From Auanema rhodensis (taxonomy: Eukaryota; Animalia; Nematoda), in contig OZ059896.1 of the NCBI GenBank assembly GCA_964057225.1, positions 7,254,001-7,318,000 on the forward strand: a stretch of 64,000 nucleotides of DNA, read 5' to 3'. A program made the translations under genes and the position numbers. The notes below the pieces were generated by a model. It saw nothing but the letters and a program-made list of their open reading frames with translations. It searched no databases and had not been told where the DNA came from. Below are positions 1 to 13,710 of the stretch, in pieces. The number at the start of each line of letters is the position of its first letter. The first letter of the stretch is position 1.

Positions 1-1400
1 AAATATAAAAAACAAATAAATTGTTTTGGCAAATAGTTTAACCTAAATAAATAAAATAAATTCATAATTCATTATAATGATCTTTACTTGATTTCAGTTG
101 GATTCAGAAAATTCTTTTTCAATTTCATCGTTTCTTCTTGATCTATACAGTTTTTCCATGGTAATTCACCTTCTCCTAATTCAATTAAACTATAATACAA
201 ACTCCATAAATCATCAATGGGTCCCTGAAATAATTTATAATTATAGTTATAACATATAGTTATTACCTGTTCTTGTCTTTCATGAACTGATACTGAAACA
301 TAACGAGCTGTTCCTCGAAATGCTGCATATCTACGTTCACGTCTCCATTCCCCAGAATCTGTACGAAATTGCCTCACCAATCCTAAATATTTATCAATAT
401 CATTTTATAAATATTAATTCATAATACCATAATCAACAAGAAATATAATTCGACGATGTTCTCCTATTCCAATACACATATTCGGAGGTTTAACATCTCT
501 AAATTAAAAAATATTTAATTATATGTTATAAGAGCTATACCTATGTAAAAATCCTAATGTATGAACTGTACGTAAAGCTTGAATCATTTGAATTCCAACA
601 CGAACTGTCTATATTTCTTATAAGAAATAATTTTAAATTCAATTAAAATACTTACAGTTAATGTTGATAAACGTTTGTTTATTGTTGATTTACGTAAATC
701 AGATAAATTATTGCCAAGCATTTGCATTACAATGAAATTCGTACCATTTTGTGATCCACTATGATACTAAAGTTATTTTATAAGATATATTAATATAAAA
801 TAATATTTATTATTATTATTTTTTTAATAAAAATATTATATTAACTTACTATTCGAGGAATATGCTTAGATCCCATTAACTTTGCTAATACCATTTGTTC
901 TAATATGATTCTTTGAGCTTCAGCTTCTCGTAATTCAACTTTTACAGCAACTACTACTCCCGATCTCTAGGATTCAAAAATCTATTTTTTCAATTTATTA
1001 TTATACTATTAAGATCTGTTTTAACTATATTTAACAATTATTTCTCAAATCTAACCATGTCAACCGCTCTGTAGATTTGGCCAAAACCACCTCCACCAAT
1101 AAAGCTTTCAGTTTTATATTTTGAAGATAGAATTGTACCTTTTGCAAGATGTCTAGGAGCTGATTTTCCTCTAATCTATAAATTATAATATATGAATATT
1201 GATGTAATAAAATTTTATATTATTAATAAGAAATAAATATATAATTAATATAATTTACTTTTGATTGTTTAGCTGCTTCAATTATTTGCTTATTCCTATA
1301 TTCTCTTGCAGATTCAGTAGAATTATCAATTTTCTAAAGTTGATGTTATGATTATGTTTTATTCAGAAATATTTTAATAAAATTATACTTTTCGATTCAT
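1..1400 (-). CDS. Casein kinase 1 / tau-tubulin-kinase-like Ser/Thr kinase (nematode-expanded CK1 group); 3' end lies outside the window
   Basis: Hand-spliced exons 1400-1389, 1333-1259, 1175-1056, 966-850, 766-656, 608-541, 498-428, 382-267, 224-88, 42-<1, all GT-AG and frame-consistent. Motifs: IGGGGFGQIY (Gly loop), VAVKVE, FIVMQMLGNNLSDLR, GFLHRDVKPPN, LVDYG, FRGTARYVS (CK1-type, no APE), DDLWSLYY, LPW. Confidence 0.9.
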
Positions 1401-4400
1401 ATTTAATATTGACCGACTGGTCAAATGTCAGTTAGTTAATATAAATGATAAATTTTGACGTAAATCTCACGTATTACATGTTATTATATTTTTTTTAAAT
1501 TTTATTATATTTTATATTATTTAAAATAATTTATTATATTCCCTCTTTCTTTCTTTCTTTCTTTCTTTATTTTGAATTTAATATCTAATTCATTTATTTG
1601 AATTTTCATTTCTAATGGATTCTGAATGCTTTGGATTGCAGCTGACACTACAATGATTCATATGTTGCCGTTTACGGTCAGCCATCTGCTGAAATAGAAT
1701 TCATTCAGCTAATTCGTTGGCACGTGGTCTCTCCGAATCAGCATGGTGATGACATCACACGTAGTCACGTGCTCTTTAGATTTACACGATATCTTATTTC
1801 GTTGAACAGAAGCGATGTTGCAAGCACGTGCACTAAAGTTCCGCTTTCATCGTTTTCTTTGCTTTATTCTGGAAAAAAAATATTTTGAAAAGCATAAATT
1901 ATAAGTTTATAATTATTTCTTTAAATTTAAATTTAATTTAAATTTTTTTTATAAATAAAAAACTTCAACGTCATTCTCATAAACCTATTGTTTCAATATT
2001 TAATGACATACCTATGATGTCAGATGAATGTATATAGAATGACGTGAACAAGCTGCACTACAGAATGTCATGATATCATTGGAATTTTGAAAAAAACACT
2101 TGAAGAATCAACGAACATCGCAATGATTTCCGTTTTTGAAACAGAACATAAGAAAAGCTGCAATGAAGATGAAAGAAGGAGTGTAAGAGAAAAGAAGAAG
2201 ATTTGGAAAAAAACGTAGTGTAGGAGGACAAGAATTTCTTTGATGTCTGCGAAAGAAAACGAAGTGATTACATAGTGCTTCCGGCAAAATGTATGTAATG
2301 ATCACATGATTCTTGTTTGAAATTAAAAAAACTTTCAAAAATCTTCTATTCTTAGGTTTATTAATCTATTTGCCATTTAGCAAAATGAAATATAAGTATA
2401 TAATATATAATTAATATAATAAAATATTGCTTTGTTGGCCCCTGATTCATTGCAAACTCTGTGAATTAAGAAATATTTTTAAAAATGATTCTGAATGACA
2501 GACAGAATTAAGCTGTTTAAGACGAATAAATTCAAGTACATGGATGAAATGTTACGCACACTCTCTTACTTCTTTTAATCCTCTTTCTCTCTATTTCTCT
2601 CTCTATTTCTCTCTCTCTCTCTCTCTCTATACATGTATCTCCATTTCCTTTTCATTTTTTTGTGCTTTTCTACCTATACTACAACCATAATCCTATCAAA
2701 GAAAGAAAGAATTTGCATTATTATTGAGTAGATTGAAAGAAAAATCATTTGCTAAGTGTCAATACGAATGATCTTTCACATAAAGATCATAAGATCATAC
2801 AATGATTCCCATATACATATGTATCTTTCGGTTACAAATCCGATTACCTATATGACTTTTTCAATCTTTAAAAATTGAGATACCGTAAACCTATTGTAAG
2901 TATTATAAGTATATATTATTATTATTATATGTAATAGAAAAGAAAGAATTCAATTGTTACATATCAAATAGATTTCAATATGACTATACAATACACACAC
3001 GAACGATCTGTTGTACTTTACAAACAAAAAATAATTTTTTCAACGTTCCTTCATTTCACATTTGAAACATGTGATATTTGAAATATACACAAGAGTCTTC
3101 TGATTTTGTTGTACTTCGAACTTATTCATTTTTGATCGTCATCGTTAGATAGAGTTATAGTTAGAATGTCCTTTTCAATAATAATATATATTATATACAT
3201 ATAGATAGACATTATATGTCAACATTATTCCATTTATAAACGTTTCATTTGATTGAATTCAATGAAAACTGTTGTATCTTCCATTAGGAATGACAACAAT
3301 TGAAGAAATTGGGTGGAGTTAACAATATCATATTAAAGTTGTAATTTTAAATTATTTAAATATTTATATGATATGATAAGAAAGAGAGACTACACTTTAA
3401 TTCTTCTTTTTTATCCGAATATGAATATGTAATTAAAGAAGCATAATGATAATGAAAATGAGAAAGAAATAAAGATATTTAAGTATTTTGATAACGTATA
3501 TCATATCATCATTTAACAAACAAGAGTAGCTCATGACCTTACTGTAGCTTTTGTTCTCAGACTAAGCTGTAACGTTTAAATATGCTGATAAGACAATAAT
3601 TGCAACACATGGTTTCGAAATTTGAAAATGTTGCAAAAGAATTTGAAATTGCTCATGTCTTATCAACATTATGTTTCCTTTTTCGTAATCTTTTAAGAAT
3701 GCTTTTCTTAAAGTGCTCATCAAATGATAAAGCCTAATTAGCATAGTGCAGCATAGTGCAACCTGGATATGAAATTAAAATCAGAGAATAAACTATAATG
3801 TATATGTGCTGAAATGTTCCAATAAAATAATCAAACTTTAATAACTGATAAGAGATTACACATATATTTAATCATATAATTCAATATAATAATTAAATTA
3901 ACCTTATAATAGATTTTAAAAAACTGTCTGTCTCTGACAATGTATGAAATTTCATGAATATGACATGCCAAACTACAGAATGCATTCTAAAAAGTTAAAA
4001 AAAAACTTTTCTAATAAGTTAGAATACATATAGTAAAGGAAATAAACATAAACATATAGAATATTATATTATTCAGTTTTCTCATTGTTAAATTAAAATA
4101 GTTTAACAAGAATATATTATTTTTCAAATTTATATTTCAAATTCAAAAACTTTTTTCGTGTTGGTCCCTTGATACATGAGAATTATCTGATTAACTATTG
4201 TATTAGTTATGTTTCTCTCTGTTTTAAGAACTCTTGAACCTTTTCAATACTCTTATTAGCTCTCTTGATTTTATTATTCTTCTTTTTCTCTTTTACTTTT
4301 TCTCTCTCCCTCTCTCTCTCCCTTTATCCCCTCTCTCTCTCTCTCTTTTTTTCTCTTAAATTCTTCTACTATTTCTTTACATTTTCTCACTAATGTATTA

Positions 4401-7079
4401 TAGCTCTTAAACGAAGTGTCTTTATTTATATATTTCTTATTGGCTTGTTCAAACTCTTCAAGCTAGAGCACAAAGGTCAAATATTGGAGCACCTACATTT
4501 GTATTTTCATTATCGCATTCATCAAAAACGTTTTAGTTCATTAATCATGATTTAAACAAATAAATATACTATATGTATAGTTAGTCAATACAAAATATAA
4601 ATGTAGTATGATACGTACAAGTATTAAATAATAAAAAATAACTTTTATAGATATTATAGAGATTTCGAATCTCAGATTCAAAATTGTTTTTTAGTGTTTT
4701 TTTATGGAATCTTGGGAAAATCATCAAATTTAGTTTTATATTATACGAAGCTAGATATATAAAATTAACTTACGTCATGAAAAAGATCAAAACGTTTGTT
4801 TAAAACTTGACAATCAACATGTTTTTATATCAACATAAAGCATTATTTTCCCATTTATTTTATTTTATTTAAATTTTTTTATTAAAATAAAAAGAATTTC
4901 ATTCTCATTTTCATTTTTTTGCTTTTAATTTCTTCATATTTAATTTTTATATACCAAGTTTTAATATATTTATTCTGAATGCCGATCCCTCACTCAGAAT
5001 TAATGTTATTTCTTGTGTTTCTGAGCCAAATTGTGCGTGTCCGCCTTCCGGTATTAGATAGCAAAGTCGAAACTGTCTCTTTTCGTCCTTTCACATCGTT
5101 TCTTCATTTCTTATATGGCAACATCAGCTTTTTATGGTCAATGAAAAAACAGAGAATAATAGAAGAATAGAGGTATATAGAGAGAGTATAAGACATTGAA
5201 TTTGGATGATAAAAAAGTTATGACAAATGTTTAAGAAATGAAGGTCAAAGGTGAAAAAATATAAAAAATGAACTTTTCTTTTTAAAATATTTAACTAATT
5301 CTTAATTATATTGTATTCTTTTTATTAATAAATATAATAACATACTAAATATTTAATCATAATGAAGAATGTTTCATAGAAAAGTAAATTTATAAGTCTC
5401 AGATTTCAAAATGTTATTTTCCTATATATTTAAGAAATAAAACCAATCTATACGTATATAGTTAACGATGAAAATATGTGAATTTTTATTTATTTTTCAC
5501 TATTTTCAAATTAAAATATTTAATGTAAGTTTGAACGCTTTCCTATACCATCATTGTTCAATCCATTTTCTTCTTTTTTTTTTAACTTTTGGTCTTATTT
5601 TTAGTTAAATATTATATAAATTATATTTTAAAATAGATTTATATAAATATATTTCTTTAATTTACTTTAATTTCTTATTCTTTTTTTTTCATTTTATATA
5701 GTTTTATTAATTATCTTTCTATTAATTCTATTAATTTATTATTTTATTTTATTAGTTTTATAAATAAAAACGGTAAAATATTTTATTGTATCAATCTGAT
5801 CTTTATTTATCCCATTTCCAATAATATTCTTAATTTTTCTTTTTTCTTTTATCATTTTGAGATTATTAGAATCAAACTCTGAACAAAATTCTTTTTTTTT
5901 TACAATATCTTTTTGATATAAAATATGAAAAGAAATAATCAGTATCATCAAATATTATATTTTATTATAAATATATATTTATATGTTTATGTGTTCATGT
6001 GAAAATTTGAAAATGACATTCGATGTACTTCAAATTGATAGTTTTTTTTTTGTTTTTAGTTTGATCATCAATGAGAACGGTTGTATCGAATATTTCAGAT
6101 ATGACTTTAAGCCAACCTGTCGTCCCTCAGTGATCATCGATCTTTAAAGTAAAAAGTTCATCTTTTAGAGAAATAACTTCTTCTATTTGATGTACTTCAT
6201 CTTTGATTATGTGAGTAAGAACAGCAACAAAAAAAAAGTAAAAATGATTGATAGAAGAAGATGAAAAAAACTGAAAAATGAAGAATAATTATATATATAC
6301 TATATACTATATACTATACATATGTATATAAAGGTCGTTAGTCCCTTATGAACATGATTTTTAGTTCTTACTCTTTGCTGACACCAACCTGTCGTTATTG
6401 TGTTCGCTGACAACTGCTGCTGAGCAGTTGGCAAGACAGACGACAATCTTAAAAGGAGTTACTACGTCATAGTAATAGAATATACCTAAATGCATAAAGC
6501 ATAGAGATCTAGAGAGAGTTTAGTGATCTAGAAACAGATTCCCTTTGTCAGATAAAAGATGAGAGAGAGAGAGAGAGAGTGAGAGAGGGAGGGGGGAGAT
6601 AGAGAGAGAAAGATAGGTAGAAGACTGTAAAAAGTTGAGCTGGAAGATGTGATGAGCTTAATGATAGTCTGTGAACCTGATCTATGATCAGCAGACGTTC
6701 TCAGAATGTTTCAACAAACTACCTTAGTGTCCCGACAAACGGTATACGAACAGCTGGTGATATACATATACTACACCTCAAAAGCTGTATGCTCTCTGTA
6801 AAAGTTGTATAACAACAGCATTACGTTTGTGATTAATCATAGTATATATGTAATATATTATAAATTTTTAAAAACAAATGTATATGATGTATAAAGCCAT
6901 ATATGGATTATAATATAAAGATTATATATAATGCTTTATACATATTTTTGAATATAAAATAATTTTTAATTATATAAAGATTACTGTAATTATATATTAT
7001 TATTATTATTATTAATTCTTTCATGATTAAAGTCATTTTCAATGAAAAGAAAGAAAGAAAAGGATGAATATAATGTTGT

Positions 7080-7080
<1 letters not shown>

Positions 7081-7110
<30 letters not shown>
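7081..7110. repeat. (GAT)10 microsatellite
   Basis: Read directly from the sequence. Confidence 0.95.
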
Positions 7111-7111
<1 letters not shown>

Positions 7112-9788
7112 TATAGTATTGTTAAGCGTACGTTACAAACTTTAAAGCATTAAGAGATATCGGTTTATGACGTCACAATAACAATCATTAACTGATCTTT
7201 GATGATCAAAAGTGATCCAATAAAGTCTTTCAATCGCAAAAATCCTACCAATGAATGATCTTATCATTGTGATTTATCATCGTAATACTTCCGATAAATG
7301 AAACAACGATGAATTTCTATTGGATTACAGATCAAAAAGCTTTTAATAATTAATATAATATATTTAAATTAATTATATAATATATACAATATACAATATA
7401 TATATATATACATATATTCTTATATTATTTTATTAATTTTCAGTTAAAATTAAACAAAAATTACATTTTTCTTCATCCTCTACTATCCTTTATCAACCTT
7501 TTTTTTTCTTATTTCAAGCAATTAGATGTGGAAATGATCAGAAAGCATGAAATAGAGAACCTGTCTTAATTTTGTACAAAAAATCAAAAAAACAGTGTAT
7601 TAGTAGAAGAATGTAGAAAAGGACTAACCAGACCAATACTTTTTTTTCTCAGATTACTATGAATTTTGAATAAAAAAAAGTTTTCTTTGAAATTTGTATT
7701 ACAAAAATCAAAAAAATAAATACAATATGTGAAAGATATATGTAAATATATCTTATAATATACAAACTATTACATATTTTGACTTGTTAAATATATTTTA
7801 TCTATGTATATAGTTAAATAATTAAAAGATTGTATAAGATTAACTATAAAACTGATTACTTATTTAGTATATTGCATTCATAGAGCTCAAACAATATTCG
7901 GAAAACATGATTATTTTCAAGTTTCATCTTTTTGTAAAATACAATTACAATCTCTTTTCTATTCTCATTTTCTCATAAATGCTTTTTGAATTATCACATG
8001 AGACGAAGGTTATTGATACAAAGTTTTAACATTATAGTTATAAACTTTAGTTGATCCCGCATTCTATGGCTGTTGTCTTCAACAATGCCGTGTGGACTTC
8101 TAATATGTTTTGTCAGTCATCAAGCACTTGATACAAACCAGTATATAGTATAGAATAAGAAGCAATAGCCGATAAAAAGAGAAAGCCAAAACACTTAAAA
8201 AGAAACGACAAAATCCCGTTTTCCTGATTGTATACCGTGGTAGATTCATGAATATGAAATCATGTCGACTTTTACGTATCCGGAGGCTATGCATTCCGAC
8301 TTCATCAATTTCAATCTGTTAACTGAGGACGGAGATAATGAAGGTCATCAGATACATAATGAAGTTGAAGAATGTGATTATCATGATGTTGTTCAGCATC
8401 AAGCATCTAAAGTCATAATAGTTCATTCTGGCGATATGTCAGCTTTTAACATCTCAGTCTTAAACACCATTCAGTGATAGTCAAGCTTTAAGTTTTCTTA
8501 ACATCCGGTTAAGAATATATATATATCAAGACATTGGGGATCTTCTCATTTTCATCGTTTTCGACGTCATATCATTAACGATTCCATAAATACATCAGAG
8601 ATTGATACATCATAGTCATAAACTATGACAGAGACTAAATATGAGATAAGAAGATCATTCAAATGATCTGAATGAATCCAAACTATTCATTCTCTTCTTT
8701 CAAATAATTAAATTTGTATGAAAAGATTTAAATAAGAAACGAAGGATATGTTAAATTCAAATATTTTCGTTTTTCATATGTTGAAATCTTGTCTCCCTAT
8801 TCCATATTCCTCATCCTCCAAATATTTTTCAGATTACAACCTGACGTGAGACAATACTATAGTTGTCAACATCGAATGATTGTGCAGAATTGCATCATAG
8901 TTGCTTAAGATGTTGCAAACCTTTTGTTGCTAAGCTATTTTATGTTTAAGTGCTATCGGCATAATTTTGTGAGCTGAAACAGCTGATTAAGGACACACAG
9001 AGAATTCCAAATAATTCGTTCACTCATTTTCATATCATGTTTCTCAATTCTCCAATTGAACTGAAGAAATTGGAGCCTAGTGTAGTCAGCTGACTAACGT
9101 GTGGATCGCAACACACAGAGAAGTTTTCGAACTTATTCTGTTGACCTCTTTCCAGTCTCTAATATTCTTGATTTTGTTTTCAATCTACGTCTTGGCTACT
9201 TCGATGAAAACGCATACCATAGCGATGAGGACTCGTCAGTGAAGGGTGGTGTCAGCTAATAGAAAAGACAAGATATGTTTTACACGTGATGTGTAGTTGA
9301 GATTCTGAAAGAGGATGTAGTGTGTTGCATGATTCTCTCACTCGCAACCCCCTCTCCAACACTTCAGTCTTGTAGCATCATATGACTACCTAATACAATA
9401 CGAAGACTGAACTGTTCACATTCAGAATAAATGACAACAATCTATCTTGTCAAACGAAAATATCTATTCGGACCTTGTTGACTGGTTAGAGTATCGTATC
9501 GTTTGAATCTTGGTATCAGATGTAGAACTTAATTAGGAAAAACTGATGAGGAACGCTTAGTGACATTAGTAGTATATAACAAGTCGGGTCTGGACCACCT
9601 TCATTGAAACAAAATGAACAATATGAAACAAACCTTATTAAACCAATCAAAAGTCATAGTTGGTACAAAAGAATATTTACGGGTTTATGAACTTGAACTT
9701 GAACTTTAACTGCCAGTCCTCAATAAACGTTAAATTCAAATATTAAATCGAATACGCTCCGAGCATGATGATATGCTCAAAATGGGCT

Positions 9789-10202
9789 TTAGAAATTCGA
9801 CACTTGAATGGCCAATTTGTAGATGCTATAAGTAGCGTTGTCTTTGCCAAAAAGACTTTCCAGGGACTTCACAGTAAGACATGTAAAAGAAACCTGAGTC
9901 ACGATACCAAAACAGCCTTCGATTTTGGCTTTCCTGTAAGAAGAACTAAAAGATCATAACTTTCGAATTTTGCTTACCTGTGGCAAATCAGCGGAACCAT
10001 GTATTGGAGGTTTAATCCGTGAATAGATCCTATTACCGGAAAAGCAAAAGATGAAAAAGTTCCGGAGCTGAGGTGTTCGATTTCATTGGCAAGTCGAATA
10101 AGTTCAAAATCACAACTATTTGAAAAAATCATAAAAACATTTATCCTACTTAGACTAGTTTTTTCTCATCGATGTCACTTACATACACATCAAACTCATC
10201 AT
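9789..10202 (-). CDS. Candidate 3-exon, 100-aa orphan gene with no recognisable domain
   Basis: Exons 10202-10183, 10115-9978, 9933-9789. Donors GTAAGT and CAG|GTAAGC; acceptors TTTTTCAAATAG and CTTCTTACAG. The second intron is 44 nt, the modal size in this window. Phases join into MMSLMCICDFELIRLANEIEHLSSG...LAIQVSNF*. Confidence 0.3.
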
Positions 10203-13200
10203 ATTAAAACTCTTGTCGTGAAAAAAAAGATAAATTAATTTAGAAAAATATATAAATCAATGCTTATCTTTTTATTTTCTTGAATAACTAATCTTGTTGA
10301 AATTGAAGAAAAAAGAATACAAAAACCGTATTGTGACTAAGGTGCAAAGAGGTTAATTATATGGCGGGAACATAAGAATATCAAAAAGTAACAAAAATAT
10401 ATTTATATTGTTATGTTTTTTTTTGTTTTCTCATGTCAGATCCACTCCACTCATCACTCTTCCTCTCTTCCTCTCTTGTCCAAAGCTCAAAGTACATACT
10501 GTATTAGATCTGTGAAACACATCGCGGCTACAACATTGTCGTGCCTTACACCATCACACGATGTATAACGATGACAAGAAGCAAGAAGCAGCAGAATCGT
10601 CGTCGTCGTATGTCCTCTGTTCGTCATGTGACGATGCTGATCATTACCTTTTTTGAAAATAATTTAAAAATCATATACATATCCTTTGAAAAATGTTTTT
10701 TTTTTCTGAATTCTGAGTGAATTGAATGATAAATTTTCTTTAAAATAAGATATTAAAAATCTTTTATTCATAAGCATTACAATCAGTTGATCTTGCTTCT
10801 TTTTTCCACATATTTTATCGTTTATGCCATTTAGAAGACATGACATTCATCATTCTGAAGCAAATGATTTACTATCTGATTATTATAACTTCCTTATAGA
10901 TTCTTCTCTTTCTCTCACATTATCTTATATTGAAACGGCTTTGAATATTCGAAATGAAAAGAAAGAAATCTACCGATATTTCAAATATCTTCGCACAGAT
11001 TGCATTGACCAATCAACCAACTGATCGACCAAACAGCCAATGTCATGTCCTCGGAAGTTTGAAGAACGGTCAGCATCAAAAGGTTGTTTCCGAAGTTTAA
11101 ATAATCAGTTCCTTGTTCTTTTAAAGGGCATTTCCACCTATTCTTTACTCCCTCTAATCCTTATTGCGATTAACGTCGTTCCTTCTTATTCTCTCTATTT
11201 CTTTGTTTCTCTCATACCCTCCCTAAATCAAATTTCTCTCTCTCTCTCTCTGTTTCAATTTTTTTCTCTTTTTTACAATAATCGATTTTCTATGTTTCTT
11301 TCTTAAGTTTGTTCTGTTCTTCTTTATTATTCATAACAATAATTAGCTTCTATAAATGGTATAGATATTCTTCACGAAAACAAATATTAAACAATCATTT
11401 GTAAAAGAAATAAGATTGTAATCAAGCAAGAGTATAGAATTAGCATGATTCTAAGACATGTTTATTCAGCAGGAAGGTAAAACAGGTTTCTCATATGAAT
11501 TTTCAGATTTTATGAGGACATGAAGAGTTCAAGTTGATAGAGCAACCACTTTCTGATCGAAAAAAAAAGTTTTGTTTTACTGAATAAATAGTGTTAGAAA
11601 TAACATATCATTTTGATTTATATCTTCAAATCAAATAAGATATTTCACTAATAATAAAAGACAAGAATAGAATGTTTATAAGGAAATTAGCTAATCTTAG
11701 AAACAACTTCTTAAAACTCTATTATGATGTCATTAGCAAAATCTGTTAGACCTGTATTGAACGTCGGTCCCTCGTCTTCCTGAGAGACATATTATTGTCT
11801 AAAATAATTTGATCTGATTCATGCTTTTATCATAAAATGTTTTCCCTTTCTCTTTAGTTATTCAGTACACTAGTTGTTCACGTGAACAATCATGTGAAAG
11901 GTTGGAAGATTAGTTATACATATAGTAAAATACTTAATTAAGATACAAATCATATGATATACCATATAAAATATATTTATTATATTATGATAAAGTCCCT
12001 CATTTACAACTAATAACATAAGATCAAATTTCCCTCAGTTTTTTTTGTTGTTAAAAATTTTAAAAGAACAGCTGTCACTTTTTTTTTTTTTGGAATTTCT
12101 CACTTTGCCATCAGTCCTTCAAATCTCTGACAACTGAACTCTTGTTTCGAATAGTAATATTAATCTTCTTATACATAAGAAAGTTTTATAATTAATATCA
12201 TATGACATGATAAGCTTGGTTATATCAATGATATTGCTATATGTAGATACAAATAGTTAATCAAACCTATTTACGAACATGATTATATAAATTTTAAAAT
12301 GTAAAAAAAAAAGTAAAAGTAAACAAATTAGTTTTAATTTTTAAAAAAATAAATGTAATTAACTAATAATTATATTTTAATTTATTACTATCTATAACAT
12401 TATTTGTATAATATATAATAATTATTTATTTTGTTTCTTTTTTTTTTATAAGATTGAAAAAAACAAATTATTAAGTTAAGGATAAGAGACGACAATAAAG
12501 TTTCAAAAATGCCATAGTAAAAGATTATTTTTTTATTTCAATTTTTAAACATTTCTTTGTTTGAAAATATAAATTTAATATTTTTCAAAAAACAATATAA
12601 GTAGCTTCATATAAAGTATAATATTTACTTTTATAAGCATACATGTATAGTTATAGACACATATATACATACATACCTATACAAACTATTATTAATCTAT
12701 AAGAATATATTATTTTTTTCTTTAATACTATAACAAATTCATTATGTTTTATAAAATATTTATTAAAAATAATTTATTTTAAGTGTATTTTCTATTTTTA
12801 TTTAAATTATTTTCTTAAGCTTATTCCCTTTTCTAATTATAAAAAATAAACAAGTAATATTATTTATATATTTGTTTCAACTTCTATATATATATATAAA
12901 TTATTTATTATAAATAATATTATTTATATTTTATTCTATAGTCCCTCTCTATTCCCTTTTTTTTTCTTTTTCTTTTTCTAATTTTTATGACATCATTTGC
13001 TAGTTCAGTATAGTGCTTGGCAATTGACCTTTATAATCTGTCTGGGTCAATCAGTCTATGATTGTTAATCAAATTAATAATAAAATTATATGCATAATAT
13101 AAGAATAAAATTGTATTTTTGATCTTTTCACCTACATCCTCATCTCAAACTCATACTTCTTCCTCTTAATTACAATAAATTCATATAGTATATTCATCAT

Positions 13201-13626
13201 ATTAAACGTATTGTACAGTCATAGATCAAACACAAAAATGATCAAAATGAGAAAAAATTATTTGCATTTTCGCCTAAATAGATGATTTAATCAGATTTTT
13301 GAAAATTCGGGCAAAAATGATACAAACAGAATAGCATCTTAATATTTTTAAATTGTTGATAATTTTAGTAAATTAATTGCACTTTTGTCATTAAAAAAAT
13401 GTGTTTCCCCAGGTATGCAGTGAACAATTTCTTTTAAACTTTCCTAATTCTTCGGGAACATGACCGAATTATCTGATAACGATAATTGTGTAGTCAATTT
13501 CGGCATGTTTAATGATGTTTAAACTATGTGTCACTATCTCGAGGTTTACTTAGCTACTGTCATCATTACTTTCTTTCTCTCATTCACTCTCTCTTTCTTT
13601 TAATTTCTCTCCATATCATTCTTTGG

Positions 13627-13652
13627 TCTCTCTCATTATCTCTCTCTCTCTT

Positions 13653-13698
<46 letters not shown>

Positions 13699-13710
13699 TG
13701 TCTATCTTTC
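13627..13710. repeat. Imperfect (CT)n microsatellite, one of many; others near 2580, 4300, 20940, 22175, 25035, 33000, 34010
   Basis: Read directly from the sequence. Confidence 0.9.

Noticed and set aside
5728-5951. AT-rich minus-strand exon-like stretch (DIVKKKEFCSEF...) with a possible 44-nt intron
   Set aside because: The next exon stops after one codon, and I found no phase-compatible upstream exon.
6390-6445. Hairpin with core CAACTGCT/AGCAGTTG and a TGGCAAGA (miR-73/31-like seed) arm
   Set aside because: The outer stem is heavily bulged, and the sequence beyond the seed does not match the miRNAs I know.
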